In this document: one piece after another, positions 53,026 to 63,158 of the stretch
Layout of the letters: every line of letters starts with the position of its first letter
Numbering within the stretch: the stretch's first letter is position 1
NCBI GenBank assembly: GCA_041645435.1
Contig: JBAZQB010000002.1
Location: 413,556 to 477,555, forward strand
Direction of reading: 5' to 3'
Source: Methanoregula sp.
GTDB lineage: Archaea; Halobacteriota; Methanomicrobia; Methanomicrobiales; Methanospirillaceae
DNA: 64,000 nt
The notes under the pieces: generated by a model
Told to the model about the DNA's origin: nothing
Databases searched by the model: none
What the model saw: the letters and a program-made list of their open reading frames with translations, nothing else
Position numbers and translations under genes: made by a program

Positions 53026-53820
53026 ATGAAATCCATTATCTATTATTTTACCGGAACCGGAAACTCGCTCGTTGCAGCAAAGGCCATTTGTGCCCGTCTT
53101 GGTGATTGTGAGCTTATACCGATAGCTACTCTCGGGGGGTCACTTTCAGAGATTGTGCCGGTTGCTGACCGGGTTGGTATAGTCTGCCCGGTCTACGATT
53201 TTGGCCTCCCGTCCATTGTTGCAGCGTTTGCAGAACGACTTAACCTTTCCGGCACCGGCTATTGCTTTGCGGTACTCACCATGGGTGGCATGGGGGGTTC
53301 TGCCCTCCACCAGATGGATGGGATAATCCAGAAACATGGTGACAGGCAGCTTGACGCAGCTTTTACAGTCAGGATGCCGGGAAACTTTGTCCCGATGTAT
53401 GCACCTCCGCAGGGAAAAAAGCGGGAGGAGATACTTGTAAAAGCCGATAAACGCATTGGCGAAATCTCTGAAATGATTGACAGAGGGCTGATTGTCAGGC
53501 CGGCAATATCGCCATTGACATCACTGCTCAAACGGCTTATGTATGCCGGCTTTATTGAACAAATACATGGCGCAGACAAGAATTTTACAGCCGATGAAAA
53601 ATGCACATCCTGCGGAACCTGTGCCCGGGTCTGCCCTGTGCAGAATATTGTGATGGAGAACGAAAAACCGTCATGGATGCACCACTGCGAACTCTGCCTT
53701 GCCTGCCTGCACTTCTGCCCGGTTGCCGCGATCCAGTGGGGACCAAAGACCGCAAAGCGTGGACGATTTAAAAATCCATCTGTGACCCTCGCGGATATGA
53801 AAAAACAGCGCGGTGAATAA
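53026..53820 (+). CDS. EFR1-type flavodoxin-like protein with 2x[4Fe-4S] ferredoxin domain
   Basis: MKSIIYYFTGTGNSL is a flavodoxin-like N-terminus. CTSCGTCARVCP and CELCLACLHFCP are cluster motifs. Start moved from 52861 to ATG 53026. Confidence 0.8.
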   Translation: MKSIIYYFTGTGNSLVAAKAICARLGDCELIPIATLGGSLSEIVPVADRVGIVCPVYDFGLPSIVAAFAERLNLSGTGYCFAVLTMGGMGGSALHQMDGIIQKHGDRQLDAAFTVRMPGNFVPMYAPPQGKKREEILVKADKRIGEISEMIDRGLIVRPAISPLTSLLKRLMYAGFIEQIHGADKNFTADEKCTSCGTCARVCPVQNIVMENEKPSWMHHCELCLACLHFCPVAAIQWGPKTAKRGRFKNPSVTLADMKKQRGE

Positions 53821-53880
53821 CCGGATAATTACCTTTTTTTTATCAGCTCTGTTGAAACGGGCATGAACCGGCGTTCATAG

Positions 53881-54053
53881 CAGGAGCATGAAAATGCATG
53901 GTATTGCGAGGGTTCCCCGTATCAGGGCCTCTTTTCAGGCACGGCGGGGCAAGGAGGTTTTGATATTTTCAGTTACAAAATCGCCGCGGGGGCATCCCTT
54001 TTTGGTGTGGCGACGTTCATCGCATTTGGGGTATGGGGGCATCAGCCCCCATC
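53881..54053 (+). repeat. Dispersed GC-rich hairpin element, copy 2 (two modules)
   Basis: Module 1 (53881-54021) aligns with 7225-7357. Module 2, GCATTTGGGGTATGGGGGCATCAGCCCCCATC (54022-54053), aligns with 63881-63916. Confidence 0.6.
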
Positions 54054-54131
54054 TTTGTAATCCTCTCACTACATGCGTCATTCACATAAAACAGCGAAGG
54101 GCCCTTTTCTCCCAGCGTATCTGCCTGTAGT

Positions 54132-56054
54132 TCACAACCGTGGCTGCTGCTGGGTTCCGCAGTGGAAGGTACCAAATCCTTCGATCATAGCTTCGGCATT
54201 GATCCCGATCACTTTCCGATCGGGAAAGAGCTCCTGGATGGTCTGGAGTGCTTCGGTATCATGCGGATCTTTAAACACCGGGACAATTACCACTGAATTC
54301 CCGATATAGAAATTGGTATAACTTGCCGGGTAACGTTCATCTCCCTCAATCACAGGAGCGGGCATAGGCAGTTTCACTACCGTGAGGGGTTTACCGCTCT
54401 GGTCACTGGACTGACGGAGAATTTCGTAATTGTCATGCAGGGCCGGGTAATTTGCATCGGTAATATCCGTTTCATAAGCGCATACGACCGTTGACGGGCC
54501 GACAAACCGGGCAATATCATCGATATGCCCATCGGTATCGTCGCCAACAACCCCCTCATTGAGCCATATCACTTTCTCGATACCAAGGTATCCTTTAAGC
54601 CGCTCTTCGATCTCATCTGCTGACAAGCTTGGGTTACGGTTGGGATTAAGGAGACATGCCCGGGTTGTCAGCACCGTTCCCTTGCCATTTACGTCGATAG
54701 ATCCACCCTCCAGCACCATTCCCGGAGTAAAGAGCGGGAGGCAGAGCCTGCGATTGATAGCGAGCGGAATCCTGCCATCCCGGATCTGGTCTTCGTATTT
54801 TCCGCCCCATGCATTAAAGTCCCAGTGAACTATAGCGATCTTCTGCAGGGTTCGGTTTACCAAGAATGTCGGGCCGTAATCCCGGATCCAGACATCGGAA
54901 TATTCGCTGGTATGGATAGTGATTCGGGAGAGATCCGTTCCTGATTCCCTGAGCCGTGCCCTGACTTTCCGATGGATGACAGCAGTGGGGACAAAGAGTT
55001 CAACCCGCTCAGACATATGGACTGCCTGGATGAACTCATAGTATGCCTCCTCAACTGCACTGAGGTGGGGAAAGGAATTCGTGTTGTGCGGCCATGAGAG
55101 CCAGACTGCATCATGGGGTTCCCATTCTGCCGGCATGTGGAATCCCCGGTTACGGGGAGTATCTCCTTCCCTGAGTGCGGGAAAAGCACCACTCTCTCCC
55201 GCGAAAGCAACGCCTATCCGTCCGTAGGTATCCGGACGACGGTTCCGGAAAAATCCCCATGAGTCCTGGACTGTTTGATTCATTGAGAGATCGAGAGATA
55301 CGATCACGGTCTCTTCACCATCACCCGCCTTTGCCAGTATCTTACCGAACGCATCGCAGACAAATGATCCGCCGAAGAAACGGCACTTCTCCTCCTGTCC
55401 AGACCTGTTCACTGCGGCGATATGGATACTGTTTGCCACGGCATGACTCCGCTGGATCAGTTCCCATGCTTCCTGCCAGTTTCCTTCAACCGGCTCATCG
55501 CCACCGGGATGCCCAATCGCAGTCGGGTAGAAGATGATCTCCGCTCCGTCCAGTGCAACAGATCGTGCTGCCTCCGGGAACCACTGGTCAAAACATATAA
55601 GAACCGCGATACGCCCGTACCGTGTATCAAACACCCGGTAACCGTCGCCCGGATAGAAATATCCTTTCTCAAAGAATCCGGGATCCTGGGGAATGTGTAC
55701 CTTGTGATAAGGGGCATGGAGCGTGCCATCGGCATCGATTACTACAGCAGTGTTATAGAACCGGCCATCGGGCGTTTTCTCGTAGAGCGGGACGATGATA
55801 ACGACATTGTGTGCCCGGGCAATCTCTGAAAACATGTTGGTTGATGCACCGGGAACAGTCTCTGCAAGTGCTGACGCATCGACACCGATATGCTGCGGGA
55901 AATAACGGGATTTGAACAGTTCGGGAAGGCAGATGATGTTTGCACCTGCTTGTGCTGCCAGCTCTACCTTCTGCTGCGCCTTTTTCAGCATCAATTCCGG
56001 GTCGTTTCCTACGGCCATCTGGATGAGCCCGATAATTACTGTTCCCTGCTGCAT
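54132..56054 (-). CDS. aguB-aguA: Fusion of a carbon-nitrogen hydrolase (N-carbamoylputrescine amidase-like) and agmatine deiminase
   Basis: The N-terminal nitrilase-superfamily triad context is LPELF, HKVHIP and VLICFDQWFPE. The C-terminal PAD_porph domain has FHMPAEWEPHDAVWLSWPH...GTFHCGTQQQP (catalytic Cys). Confidence 0.85.
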   Translation of the reverse strand: MQQGTVIIGLIQMAVGNDPELMLKKAQQKVELAAQAGANIICLPELFKSRYFPQHIGVDASALAETVPGASTNMFSEIARAHNVVIIVPLYEKTPDGRFYNTAVVIDADGTLHAPYHKVHIPQDPGFFEKGYFYPGDGYRVFDTRYGRIAVLICFDQWFPEAARSVALDGAEIIFYPTAIGHPGGDEPVEGNWQEAWELIQRSHAVANSIHIAAVNRSGQEEKCRFFGGSFVCDAFGKILAKAGDGEETVIVSLDLSMNQTVQDSWGFFRNRRPDTYGRIGVAFAGESGAFPALREGDTPRNRGFHMPAEWEPHDAVWLSWPHNTNSFPHLSAVEEAYYEFIQAVHMSERVELFVPTAVIHRKVRARLRESGTDLSRITIHTSEYSDVWIRDYGPTFLVNRTLQKIAIVHWDFNAWGGKYEDQIRDGRIPLAINRRLCLPLFTPGMVLEGGSIDVNGKGTVLTTRACLLNPNRNPSLSADEIEERLKGYLGIEKVIWLNEGVVGDDTDGHIDDIARFVGPSTVVCAYETDITDANYPALHDNYEILRQSSDQSGKPLTVVKLPMPAPVIEGDERYPASYTNFYIGNSVVIVPVFKDPHDTEALQTIQELFPDRKVIGINAEAMIEGFGTFHCGTQQQPRL

Positions 56055-56276
56055 ACTCTTCGTGCTATACGGGTTTTTTTTACTGGGATATCATGCTATC
56101 CAAAGATCGCGTGCTGACTCTGGTCTCCCATGGGGCTTTTGATATCCGGACCAAGGAGCGTTCTAATTGCAATCCTATCTTGAATTAGTAAAATATATAT
56201 TCCAAAAAGTTAAAGATACTTTTTAAAATGTAAAGGATAGTTTACATTCACTATCCTTACGTGGAGTTGCACATGT

Positions 56277-56621
56277 ATGATTAAACGAACCTGTTCATCA
56301 TCAGTTTCCACGTTCTCCCCGGAACGTGAAAATGAAGAACCGGGTATCGGTCATAGTCTTGGAGACGGGAGAATCCGTTTTGCCCTCACGGCAGGGGCCT
56401 GTCTTGTAGCACTGGTGATCGTGTTAAAAAATATTATCCATATTCCTGAAAGCAGGCTTTTACCGGATATTGTCGTCTACATAGGAATCTACACGGGTTT
56501 TTCTCTGGTGTATCCTGTCGCAATCCATGAGCGACATTCACGGAAGATAAATAATCCGGCCTTGTGGAGTGCATTGATTGTGGTCATGACCCTTGCGATT
56601 ATTATCTTCTATACCCTCTGA
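56277..56621 (+). CDS. Hypothetical small membrane protein
   Basis: 114-aa ORF with three hydrophobic helices, immediately upstream of a small XRE regulator. Confidence 0.45.
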   Translation: MIKRTCSSSVSTFSPERENEEPGIGHSLGDGRIRFALTAGACLVALVIVLKNIIHIPESRLLPDIVVYIGIYTGFSLVYPVAIHERHSRKINNPALWSALIVVMTLAIIIFYTL

Positions 56622-56745
56622 AGGAACGGGAATATGGTCGACGTGGACCCTGCCAAGATCGTTTCGAGGCAGTGCTTGTAAAAAAACGCAACTCCATGAT
56701 GATTCTAGCCTCAATAATAAAAAACAACGCGAGGTATCGGGCAGG

Positions 56746-56970
56746 ATGAAGAACCGGATCAAGGTCTACCGGGCACTCCACGATCTTACCCAGGAAGCCC
56801 TGGCTGACAAACTGGCAGTGACCCGGCAGACTATCCTTGCTATAGAGAAAGGAAAATACGATCCCTCCTTGGATCTTGCCTTCCGTATCTCGGAGTTGTT
56901 TGGTGTACCTGTTGAGAAAATATTTATCCGCAATTATGAGGGAGAGGATAAGCCGCAGTTCGAGGATTAA
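56746..56970 (+). CDS. XRE-family helix-turn-helix transcriptional regulator (short, about 74 aa)
   Basis: MKNRIKVYRALHDLTQEALADKLAVTRQTILAIEKGKYDPSLDLAFRISELFGVPVEKIF is a classic Cro/C1 HTH. Start moved to ATG 56746. Confidence 0.8.
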   Translation: MKNRIKVYRALHDLTQEALADKLAVTRQTILAIEKGKYDPSLDLAFRISELFGVPVEKIFIRNYEGEDKPQFED

Positions 56971-57097
56971 CTGTAAGAATCCGGAAATCATACCCGCTTG
57001 TTTTACCCGGTTAACTGGGCCTTTCTGGTATGTTTTTCAGACAATAAATTCCCTTTTCCGGACCTTTTTGTGGTGAATAAAATAGGGTCTAAATATC

Positions 57098-57209
57098 AAT
57101 GTGGTGCGCAAACTCTCAATATTGTGTCAAATGTGGTGCGAATTGTTTAAATGTGTTCACCCCAACCGTACATAGTAGTACACGTTTCACCGGATGTGTG
57201 CACCACATT
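57098..57209. promoter_or_regulatory. Repeated AATGTGGTGC(G) boxes upstream of satP
   Basis: AATGTGGTGCG occurs at 57098-57108 and 57130-57140. The exact inverted copy GCACCACATT is at 57200-57209. Further GGTGC/GCACC cores extend to about 57315. Confidence 0.35.
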
Positions 57210-57338
57210 GGCTGCTGTATCACCTCTTTTCGATGGTGCACAGGGATCCATTGTTGCCGGATATTGCATTGCTGGCGACCAGATCCGGTGTGCAATCAGA
57301 AATGGGATATGCACCAGAGAATTCAAAGAGATGATAAA

Positions 57339-57929
57339 ATGGAACATATCGAAGAAAAAAACAGGAACAACCTGTTCCTGATGGATAATTCAGCTAACCC
57401 GGCACCGCTGGGACTGTGTGCATTTGGTCTGACCACGATCTTACTCAGTCTCCACAATGCCGGATTCACCCCCCTTGGTAGCCCCATTCTTGCAATGGCG
57501 ATCTTCTATGGCGGACTTGCACAGGTGATTGTCGGACTGATGGAGTGGAAGAAGAACAACTCGTTTGGCATGCTCACGTTTGGCAGTTTCGGATTTTTCT
57601 GGATCTCGTTTGCCGCGATGATGATGCTTCCCGCACTGGGTCTTGCAAAAGCGCCCGGCCCGGTTGACCTCGCCGCATTCCTTGGCGTCTGGACGCTTCT
57701 CATCTTCGGTCTGTTTATCTGCACCTTGAAGATGCACAGGTTACTGGCATTCACCCTCTTTATGGTCCTGCTCCTTGCGGTGTTGCTTGTTGCAGCGCAA
57801 CTCACGGGAAGCCCCCTTATCCTCAACCTCGGTGGATTCGCCGGGCTTGCTGCCGGTCTGCTCGCGCTTTACATGGGACTTGGGCAGGTTATCAACGAGA
57901 TTTATGGCAGCCGGGTTCTACCGGTATAA
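57339..57929 (+). CDS. satP: GPR1/FUN34/YaaH-family acetate (succinate-acetate) transporter
   Basis: The family signature NPAPLGLCAFGLTT is near the N-terminus, with six TM helices. Start moved from 57099 to MEHIEEK at 57339. Confidence 0.85.
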   Translation: MEHIEEKNRNNLFLMDNSANPAPLGLCAFGLTTILLSLHNAGFTPLGSPILAMAIFYGGLAQVIVGLMEWKKNNSFGMLTFGSFGFFWISFAAMMMLPALGLAKAPGPVDLAAFLGVWTLLIFGLFICTLKMHRLLAFTLFMVLLLAVLLVAAQLTGSPLILNLGGFAGLAAGLLALYMGLGQVINEIYGSRVLPV

Positions 57930-58027
57930 TCTTTTTTTAACTCACGAAACTGCAATCGTATCTGTTCCGGGTATTTCCTCTGACGGATAACAGGTGTTAA
58001 ATTATCCCCCGGCAAAAGATCCGTACT

Positions 58028-58540
58028 ATGAGTCTTATGGAAATTCTCTGGGCGCTTGTATTTCCGTTGCTGGGGGCAATAGTTGCCCTGGTACACATAA
58101 ACAAAGAGAAAAAAACCGCGGACACCCACCGGAAACTGGAGATCATACTGATGTGGCAGCTCGTCTGCGGACTCGGATTATCCCTGCTCTGGGGGGGAAT
58201 TGCCCACCTGCTCTTTGCTGATCAGGTAGCTCAATCCATCGGCTGGGCAACCGGCAGCCCCTTCCAGCGGGAAGTAGGCATATGGGATGCATCGATCGGT
58301 ATTGTTGGTATCCTCTGCCTGAAATACCGGGATCATTTCTGGCTTGCAACGATCATCGGGGGAGGATTGTTCCTTTTCGGTGCCGGTCTCGGCCACGTGT
58401 ACGAGTTTATTGCACACGGGGATGTGTCTCCCAATAATATCGGCGGGGTGTTATGGGTTGATCTCCTGTTCCCAATCCTCCTTGCGGCACTTTACCTGCT
58501 CTACCATAAAGAGAAGGCTGACATTCACACATTACGATAA
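58028..58540 (+). CDS. Hypothetical integral membrane protein
   Basis: 170-aa ORF with about 5 TM helices and clean coding look. Family not confidently recognised. Confidence 0.55.
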   Translation: MSLMEILWALVFPLLGAIVALVHINKEKKTADTHRKLEIILMWQLVCGLGLSLLWGGIAHLLFADQVAQSIGWATGSPFQREVGIWDASIGIVGILCLKYRDHFWLATIIGGGLFLFGAGLGHVYEFIAHGDVSPNNIGGVLWVDLLFPILLAALYLLYHKEKADIHTLR

Positions 58541-58814
58541 AAAGCCCGTTATTTCTGATGATGAACCTTCAAAATCCCTTTTAAAAAGATGTGAAAGATG
58601 ATATGGTGTATAATGGAGGACACTGGTTCCGGCAAAGGTGATGTTTGTCGTATGGTGGAGCCATGATGGTCCAACCGCGACCTTTTTTTTACCGCGTCAT
58701 AACCAGTTCTATCTTTGTTGAACCATTGTTGCCGATTATAACCCATAACAATCATTATTTTTGTCAGTTACGATAAACAAACAGACAAACGAATCGGAAA
58801 AGTGGTAGTGATCC

Positions 58815-59882
58815 ATGCTCTTTCTTTCACTTCAGGAAAAAACAAAGTGGGCTCAGTATGCCAAAGAGATCGTACAGAATGGCGCAAAACCTGAGATATA
58901 TGAATTGAAAATTCGTAAAAACCTGTTCTCTGCATTCTGTTTTTACATAGGCACCCTGCTCGCGGCACAGGGACATGATCGTCGCTGTGTCGAATGGCTC
59001 GAAGCGGGTACGATGTGCGAGGAGGATGGTCTGTTCTCTTCTACGTTCCTTATGGGTTTTTTACAGCGGCATAAGGGAAAAATGATCAAACCCGCGGTTG
59101 CGTTTGAAGATCCACGGCCGTTTGTACATTTCTCGAATGTGCCGATCATGAAGGCCGCACGAAAACAGCTGGTGCGCCAGTGCGCCCATACCCTGCCCAG
59201 TATTGATAAACCCGTGCGTTTTATGGACATCGGGTGCGGGGACGGGGCTCTGACCGTGATGCTCCTTACTCAGCTGATGGAGTCCGGAAAAGTAAGCGAC
59301 CTTTCAGAAATCCATCTCGTGGACTCATCTCCAGCCATGATTGGGCTTGCAAAAAAGACTGTCGGAGATGCATTTCCGGGCACCACCATCACTACGGAAA
59401 ATGCACGCATTCAGGATTGCTCAGCAGGAATACAGCACCATTATGACATCGCGTTTTCTTCGCTTGCCTACCACCACATGCCTGTTGAAGACAAACGTGT
59501 TCATCTCGCCCGGCTCAAACCATGGATCGATCACTTCGTGCTCTTCGAGATGGATGCAAATAATGACACGCCAGAAGTGTTCTCCCCGGATCTGGCATTC
59601 TCAGTGTACCAGTCCTACGGGCGGATCATCGACTTTGTCTTTGCCCACGACGCACCGCTTGACGTGGTAACGGATTGCGTGGATTCCTTTCTCATGACCG
59701 AACTGGTATCCATCCTGACGCAGCCGAGAGGCGAGAGGACTGATTATCATATGCTCCGCTCCCAGTGGAATGACCTTTTCAGGACCGTGCTGGGACCGGA
59801 ATTTTTGCTTCAGTGCGACTCTGCCTGTTATGCGGATGAGTATATAGCCCTGTTTACCATGCACTACGGGCGGGGCGAATAA
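58815..59882 (+). CDS. Class I SAM-dependent methyltransferase
   Basis: Motif I FMDIGCGDGALT and post-I acidic HLVDSSPAM. The N-terminal roughly 110 aa are of unknown function. Confidence 0.75.
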   Translation: MLFLSLQEKTKWAQYAKEIVQNGAKPEIYELKIRKNLFSAFCFYIGTLLAAQGHDRRCVEWLEAGTMCEEDGLFSSTFLMGFLQRHKGKMIKPAVAFEDPRPFVHFSNVPIMKAARKQLVRQCAHTLPSIDKPVRFMDIGCGDGALTVMLLTQLMESGKVSDLSEIHLVDSSPAMIGLAKKTVGDAFPGTTITTENARIQDCSAGIQHHYDIAFSSLAYHHMPVEDKRVHLARLKPWIDHFVLFEMDANNDTPEVFSPDLAFSVYQSYGRIIDFVFAHDAPLDVVTDCVDSFLMTELVSILTQPRGERTDYHMLRSQWNDLFRTVLGPEFLLQCDSACYADEYIALFTMHYGRGE

Positions 59883-60670
59883 ACCAGGTCGAACACCCAG
59901 CGGCTCACGCCGGGTGCAACATTACCGCAGGTGTTGTAATAGGTGATATCAAACCCTTTCTGTACATACTCTTCGATCAGGACAGGAATCTCGTTCCGGG
60001 TTTTGAATGTGTAGAAATGAATCATCCCCCCATGCACGGCGAGCGGTGAGAGGATGTCAAGGATCCTGTCCATACCATAGGGTGCCGGGATGATAATCCG
60101 GTCGAACTGCCGGTGCGGGAGCATACCGATATCGAAAGCATCCCCGTGGATGGTGGTGATATTTTTTCGTACCTTGTTAAGACTGACATTTTCCTCAAGC
60201 CAGAGATATGCATCAGGATTCTGCTCAACCGCTACGACCTGTGCCCCTTTTGCTGCTGCAGGAATGGCAAACGGTCCTACCCCGCAGAACGGTACAAAAA
60301 CCCGTTCACCACTCTCCACCTGATCGATGACCCGCATCCGCTCGTACGCAAGACGGGTATTAAAAAAAACCGTTCTCACATCAAGCCGGTAAGCAAAGCC
60401 AAACTCACCGTGAAGGGTAACGGTTGTATCCCCCGCAAGGATCTCATAACCCGCCGCCCTCGTATCTCCCGCTACTTTTGCAATCTTGTTGAGTACGGTA
60501 TAGATGTTTTTACGGTGGGAGATGATCTCCCGGGCAATGAGCGGTTTATAGTCCGAAAGCTCATCGGGGATTGAAATGATGGCGACATCACCTACGACAT
60601 CGAAATGATTGGTGATGTGACAAAGGTCTTTATCAGGAATGATCCCGGCCAACTGTTCTTTCAACCCCAT
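59864..60670 (-). CDS. Trm5/Taw2 (Met-10+) family tRNA methyl-/aminocarboxypropyl-transferase
   Basis: FDVVGDVAIISIP..., FNTRLAYERMRV, and SAM motif VFVPFCGVGPFAIPAA. At 268 aa it is closer in size to Taw2 than to full-length Trm5. Confidence 0.75.
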   Translation of the reverse strand: MGLKEQLAGIIPDKDLCHITNHFDVVGDVAIISIPDELSDYKPLIAREIISHRKNIYTVLNKIAKVAGDTRAAGYEILAGDTTVTLHGEFGFAYRLDVRTVFFNTRLAYERMRVIDQVESGERVFVPFCGVGPFAIPAAAKGAQVVAVEQNPDAYLWLEENVSLNKVRKNITTIHGDAFDIGMLPHRQFDRIIIPAPYGMDRILDILSPLAVHGGMIHFYTFKTRNEIPVLIEEYVQKGFDITYYNTCGNVAPGVSRWVFDLVYSPRP

Positions 60671-60774
60671 GCTTACCGTTATGTAAGCGTGCAGTTCCCA
60701 TAAACGCGATCCATGTTGATCCTTTGTTTCTCTGACCCATACCTTAATTAGTCATTACTTCCAGTTCCTCTCTT

Positions 60775-61632
60775 ATGACACGGGTGCGGATGGTTGAAAG
60801 AATCCTTTCAGCGTATGCAACGGTGGAAGGAGCCGGTGTCCGGCTGCATCGGGCGTTCGGGTATTACGAGGTTCCCCAGTTTGATCCGTTCCTGATGCTG
60901 GATGATTTCCGTTCAACCCGCCCGAAAGATTACCTTGCCGGGTTCCCCACCCACCCGCACCGGGGTATCGAAACGGTCACGTACATGCTCAACGGAAGCA
61001 TTGAACATGCTGACAGTATGGGAAATGCCGGCAGTGTCAATGCCGGGGATGTCCAGTGGATGACTGCGGGATCGGGCATTATCCATTCAGAGATGCCAAA
61101 ACCGGTAAACGGCCGTATGGGCGGGTTCCAGCTCTGGGTTAACCTGCCCCGGGCGCATAAGATGATGACTCCCCGGTACCAGGAAATAAAGAGTGCGGAT
61201 ATCCCCATGACAACACCCCATCCGGATGTCAATATAAAAGTGATCTGCGGACAGGTCAACGGTGCAAAAGGGCCGGTGAAAGATATCGTGGCCGATCCCT
61301 TGTATCTCGATATAACCCTGGGCCCGGACACCTTTTTTACTCATCCGGTTAAGGAGGGTTACACGGCCCTTGCCTACGTGATCAGCGGTGAAGGTACCTT
61401 TGATGCCGAAGAAGGATACCGGATCGGCATCCGTGACCTGATCCTGTTTACTGACGGGAGTTCAATCTGGGCGCGATCGTATGGCAAAGGCTTCCGTTTC
61501 CTCCTCATTGCAGGAAAACCGATCCGCGAGCCGGTTGCATGGCGCGGACCGATCGTGATGAATACGCACGAGGAGCTCCGTCAGGCTTTCAGGGAATTTG
61601 ATGAGGGGACCTTTATCAAAAAGAATGCGTAA
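60775..61632 (+). CDS. Pirin family protein (bicupin)
   Basis: GFPTHPHRGIETVTYMLNGSIEHADSMGN and MTAGSGIIHSEMP are canonical pirin motifs. Confidence 0.9.
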   Translation: MTRVRMVERILSAYATVEGAGVRLHRAFGYYEVPQFDPFLMLDDFRSTRPKDYLAGFPTHPHRGIETVTYMLNGSIEHADSMGNAGSVNAGDVQWMTAGSGIIHSEMPKPVNGRMGGFQLWVNLPRAHKMMTPRYQEIKSADIPMTTPHPDVNIKVICGQVNGAKGPVKDIVADPLYLDITLGPDTFFTHPVKEGYTALAYVISGEGTFDAEEGYRIGIRDLILFTDGSSIWARSYGKGFRFLLIAGKPIREPVAWRGPIVMNTHEELRQAFREFDEGTFIKKNA

Positions 61633-61659
61633 TATACGGGATACAAAGGCGCAGCTGTT

Positions 61660-62256
61660 ATGTATCCCTCCCCTTTTCTGCCTGAAGATGAACCGGTAAC
61701 ATTTCTGTCACGGGATGCACCCTTTCGCCAGATCACCGAAGTCAACGAGTACCGGTTCAATGATATCAGCCCCGAAGATATCGTTGTGGATATCGGAGCA
61801 AATGTCGGTGCGTTCTGTATCAGGGCTGCCCGCAGATCCCGTACGGTGACTGCCATTGAGCCGGTGACTGCCGCATTGCTCAACAATAATATCCGGGCAA
61901 ACAGCGTTTCCGTTCAGGTGATAAATGGTGCGTTGGGAGACGGGAAACCCGCTGAAGTTTGTTGGGATGAACGCCGGGTTATTACCCCCACATACACACT
62001 CAGTATGATCCTTGAACTGGCTGGTGGCTGTGATTTTTTAAAATGTGATTGTGAGGGCGCAGAGTGGCTGATCAATCCCAAGGAACTCGCAGGTGTAAGA
62101 AGGATTGAGATGGAACTGCACCAGCCACCGATCGGAGGACGCCCGAACCCGGCGCTCCTCGACTATATCAGCCGGTATTATGATTTTGAGATCGAGAGAA
62201 AACCCGTTCATGCGGCACTCGGTGTGATGGGTGTTCTGCATGCCGTGCGGAACTAA
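61660..62256 (+). CDS. FkbM-family methyltransferase
   Basis: VVDIGANVGAFCIRAA motif I and LKCDCEGAEW are typical of the FkbM family. Confidence 0.75.
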   Translation: MYPSPFLPEDEPVTFLSRDAPFRQITEVNEYRFNDISPEDIVVDIGANVGAFCIRAARRSRTVTAIEPVTAALLNNNIRANSVSVQVINGALGDGKPAEVCWDERRVITPTYTLSMILELAGGCDFLKCDCEGAEWLINPKELAGVRRIEMELHQPPIGGRPNPALLDYISRYYDFEIERKPVHAALGVMGVLHAVRN

Positions 62257-62308
62257 AAACGCTATGATCGGGCTGTTTTACTGGTCGTATACCTGATCCA
62301 CTTGGATA

Positions 62309-62992
62309 TCATTTCCGGTAACAGGGCGTTAACCGGTGCCATTGCACCATAACTGCTGCACCCGCTAATGCCAGGATGCCGGCCATACCTGTTGTCACTG
62401 CAGAGTAGGTTGGAGCAAAAAAGGTATTGTGTGCACCAAAAATGCCTGCGCCAGTCATCAGAATGCCCATACCGGCGAGCAGGACGATAGTCCCCATCCA
62501 GAGGGGATGCGTGTTATCCGGTATATCTTGTCCGGTTGAGAAAAGCCTGTACATTATCACTACGGTGACGAGTAAAAAGATCCATTCTGATGGTGTTGTT
62601 AGTTCAATCCAGAGATAAACGCCTGCATAATCCGGCGGAGTGACCAGAGGGAACGGGCCGAACAACGGATACGCCCATGTGGAGGGAAGCAGCCACATGG
62701 TATCGAGTAACTGGTGGACAAAAATGCAGCATGCGACCGCTATGCCATATACCCGGTACCGGTTTCGTACCATAACGAGCGCGATAATTGCAAGGATGAG
62801 AATTATAAACAGGGCATGAAAGATCGTTCTCCCACTACTTAGTGCAGGGCTGATGAGCGTTAACGGTTTATCAATAAGATCCGGGATTAGGGACGCTACG
62901 ATACAGAGGGAAATTATCCGCCGATCATGGGTCAGGCAGCAGAAACCTAATCCAAGCAGGAGACCGCTGACCAGATGGGCGAACAAAAACAT
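62309..62992 (-). CDS. Membrane-bound metal-dependent hydrolase (YdjM/DUF457-like)
   Basis: MFLFAHLVSGLLLG...LIPDLIDKPL...HALF pattern with 5-6 TM helices. Start set at 62992. The ORF is open to 63136, but that extension is non-hydrophobic. Confidence 0.6.
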   Translation of the reverse strand: MFLFAHLVSGLLLGLGFCCLTHDRRIISLCIVASLIPDLIDKPLTLISPALSSGRTIFHALFIILILAIIALVMVRNRYRVYGIAVACCIFVHQLLDTMWLLPSTWAYPLFGPFPLVTPPDYAGVYLWIELTTPSEWIFLLVTVVIMYRLFSTGQDIPDNTHPLWMGTIVLLAGMGILMTGAGIFGAHNTFFAPTYSAVTTGMAGILALAGAAVMVQWHRLTPCYRK

Positions 62993-63158
62993 ATACGAAA
63001 AATGCGACGCACCGGCATATAAACTGGTGGAGTAATATGCTTCACGTAAGATTTCTCTATGAGGGTATCCGGCACAGGTTGATGCAGGTACCCGGTACAA
63101 TTCCCGATCGGCAACATTCAAGAGCCTGCCCTGCAAACACCCTTGACAGGAAATTTGT

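Noticed and set aside
53888-54130. 80-aa ORF between the ferredoxin and aguBA genes
   Set aside because: It coincides with copy 2 of the GC hairpin repeat. Its counterpart in copy 1 is conserved at the nucleotide level but not in reading frame.
56593-56745. Extension of the XRE regulator ORF overlapping the preceding membrane ORF
   Set aside because: The HTH domain starts at the internal Met 56746, and small XRE proteins of this type are about 70 aa.
57099-57338. Cys-rich 80-aa N-terminal extension of the satP ORF
   Set aside because: YaaH-family proteins begin close to the NPAPLGL motif. The extension is a translation of TGTG/GTGC DNA repeats.
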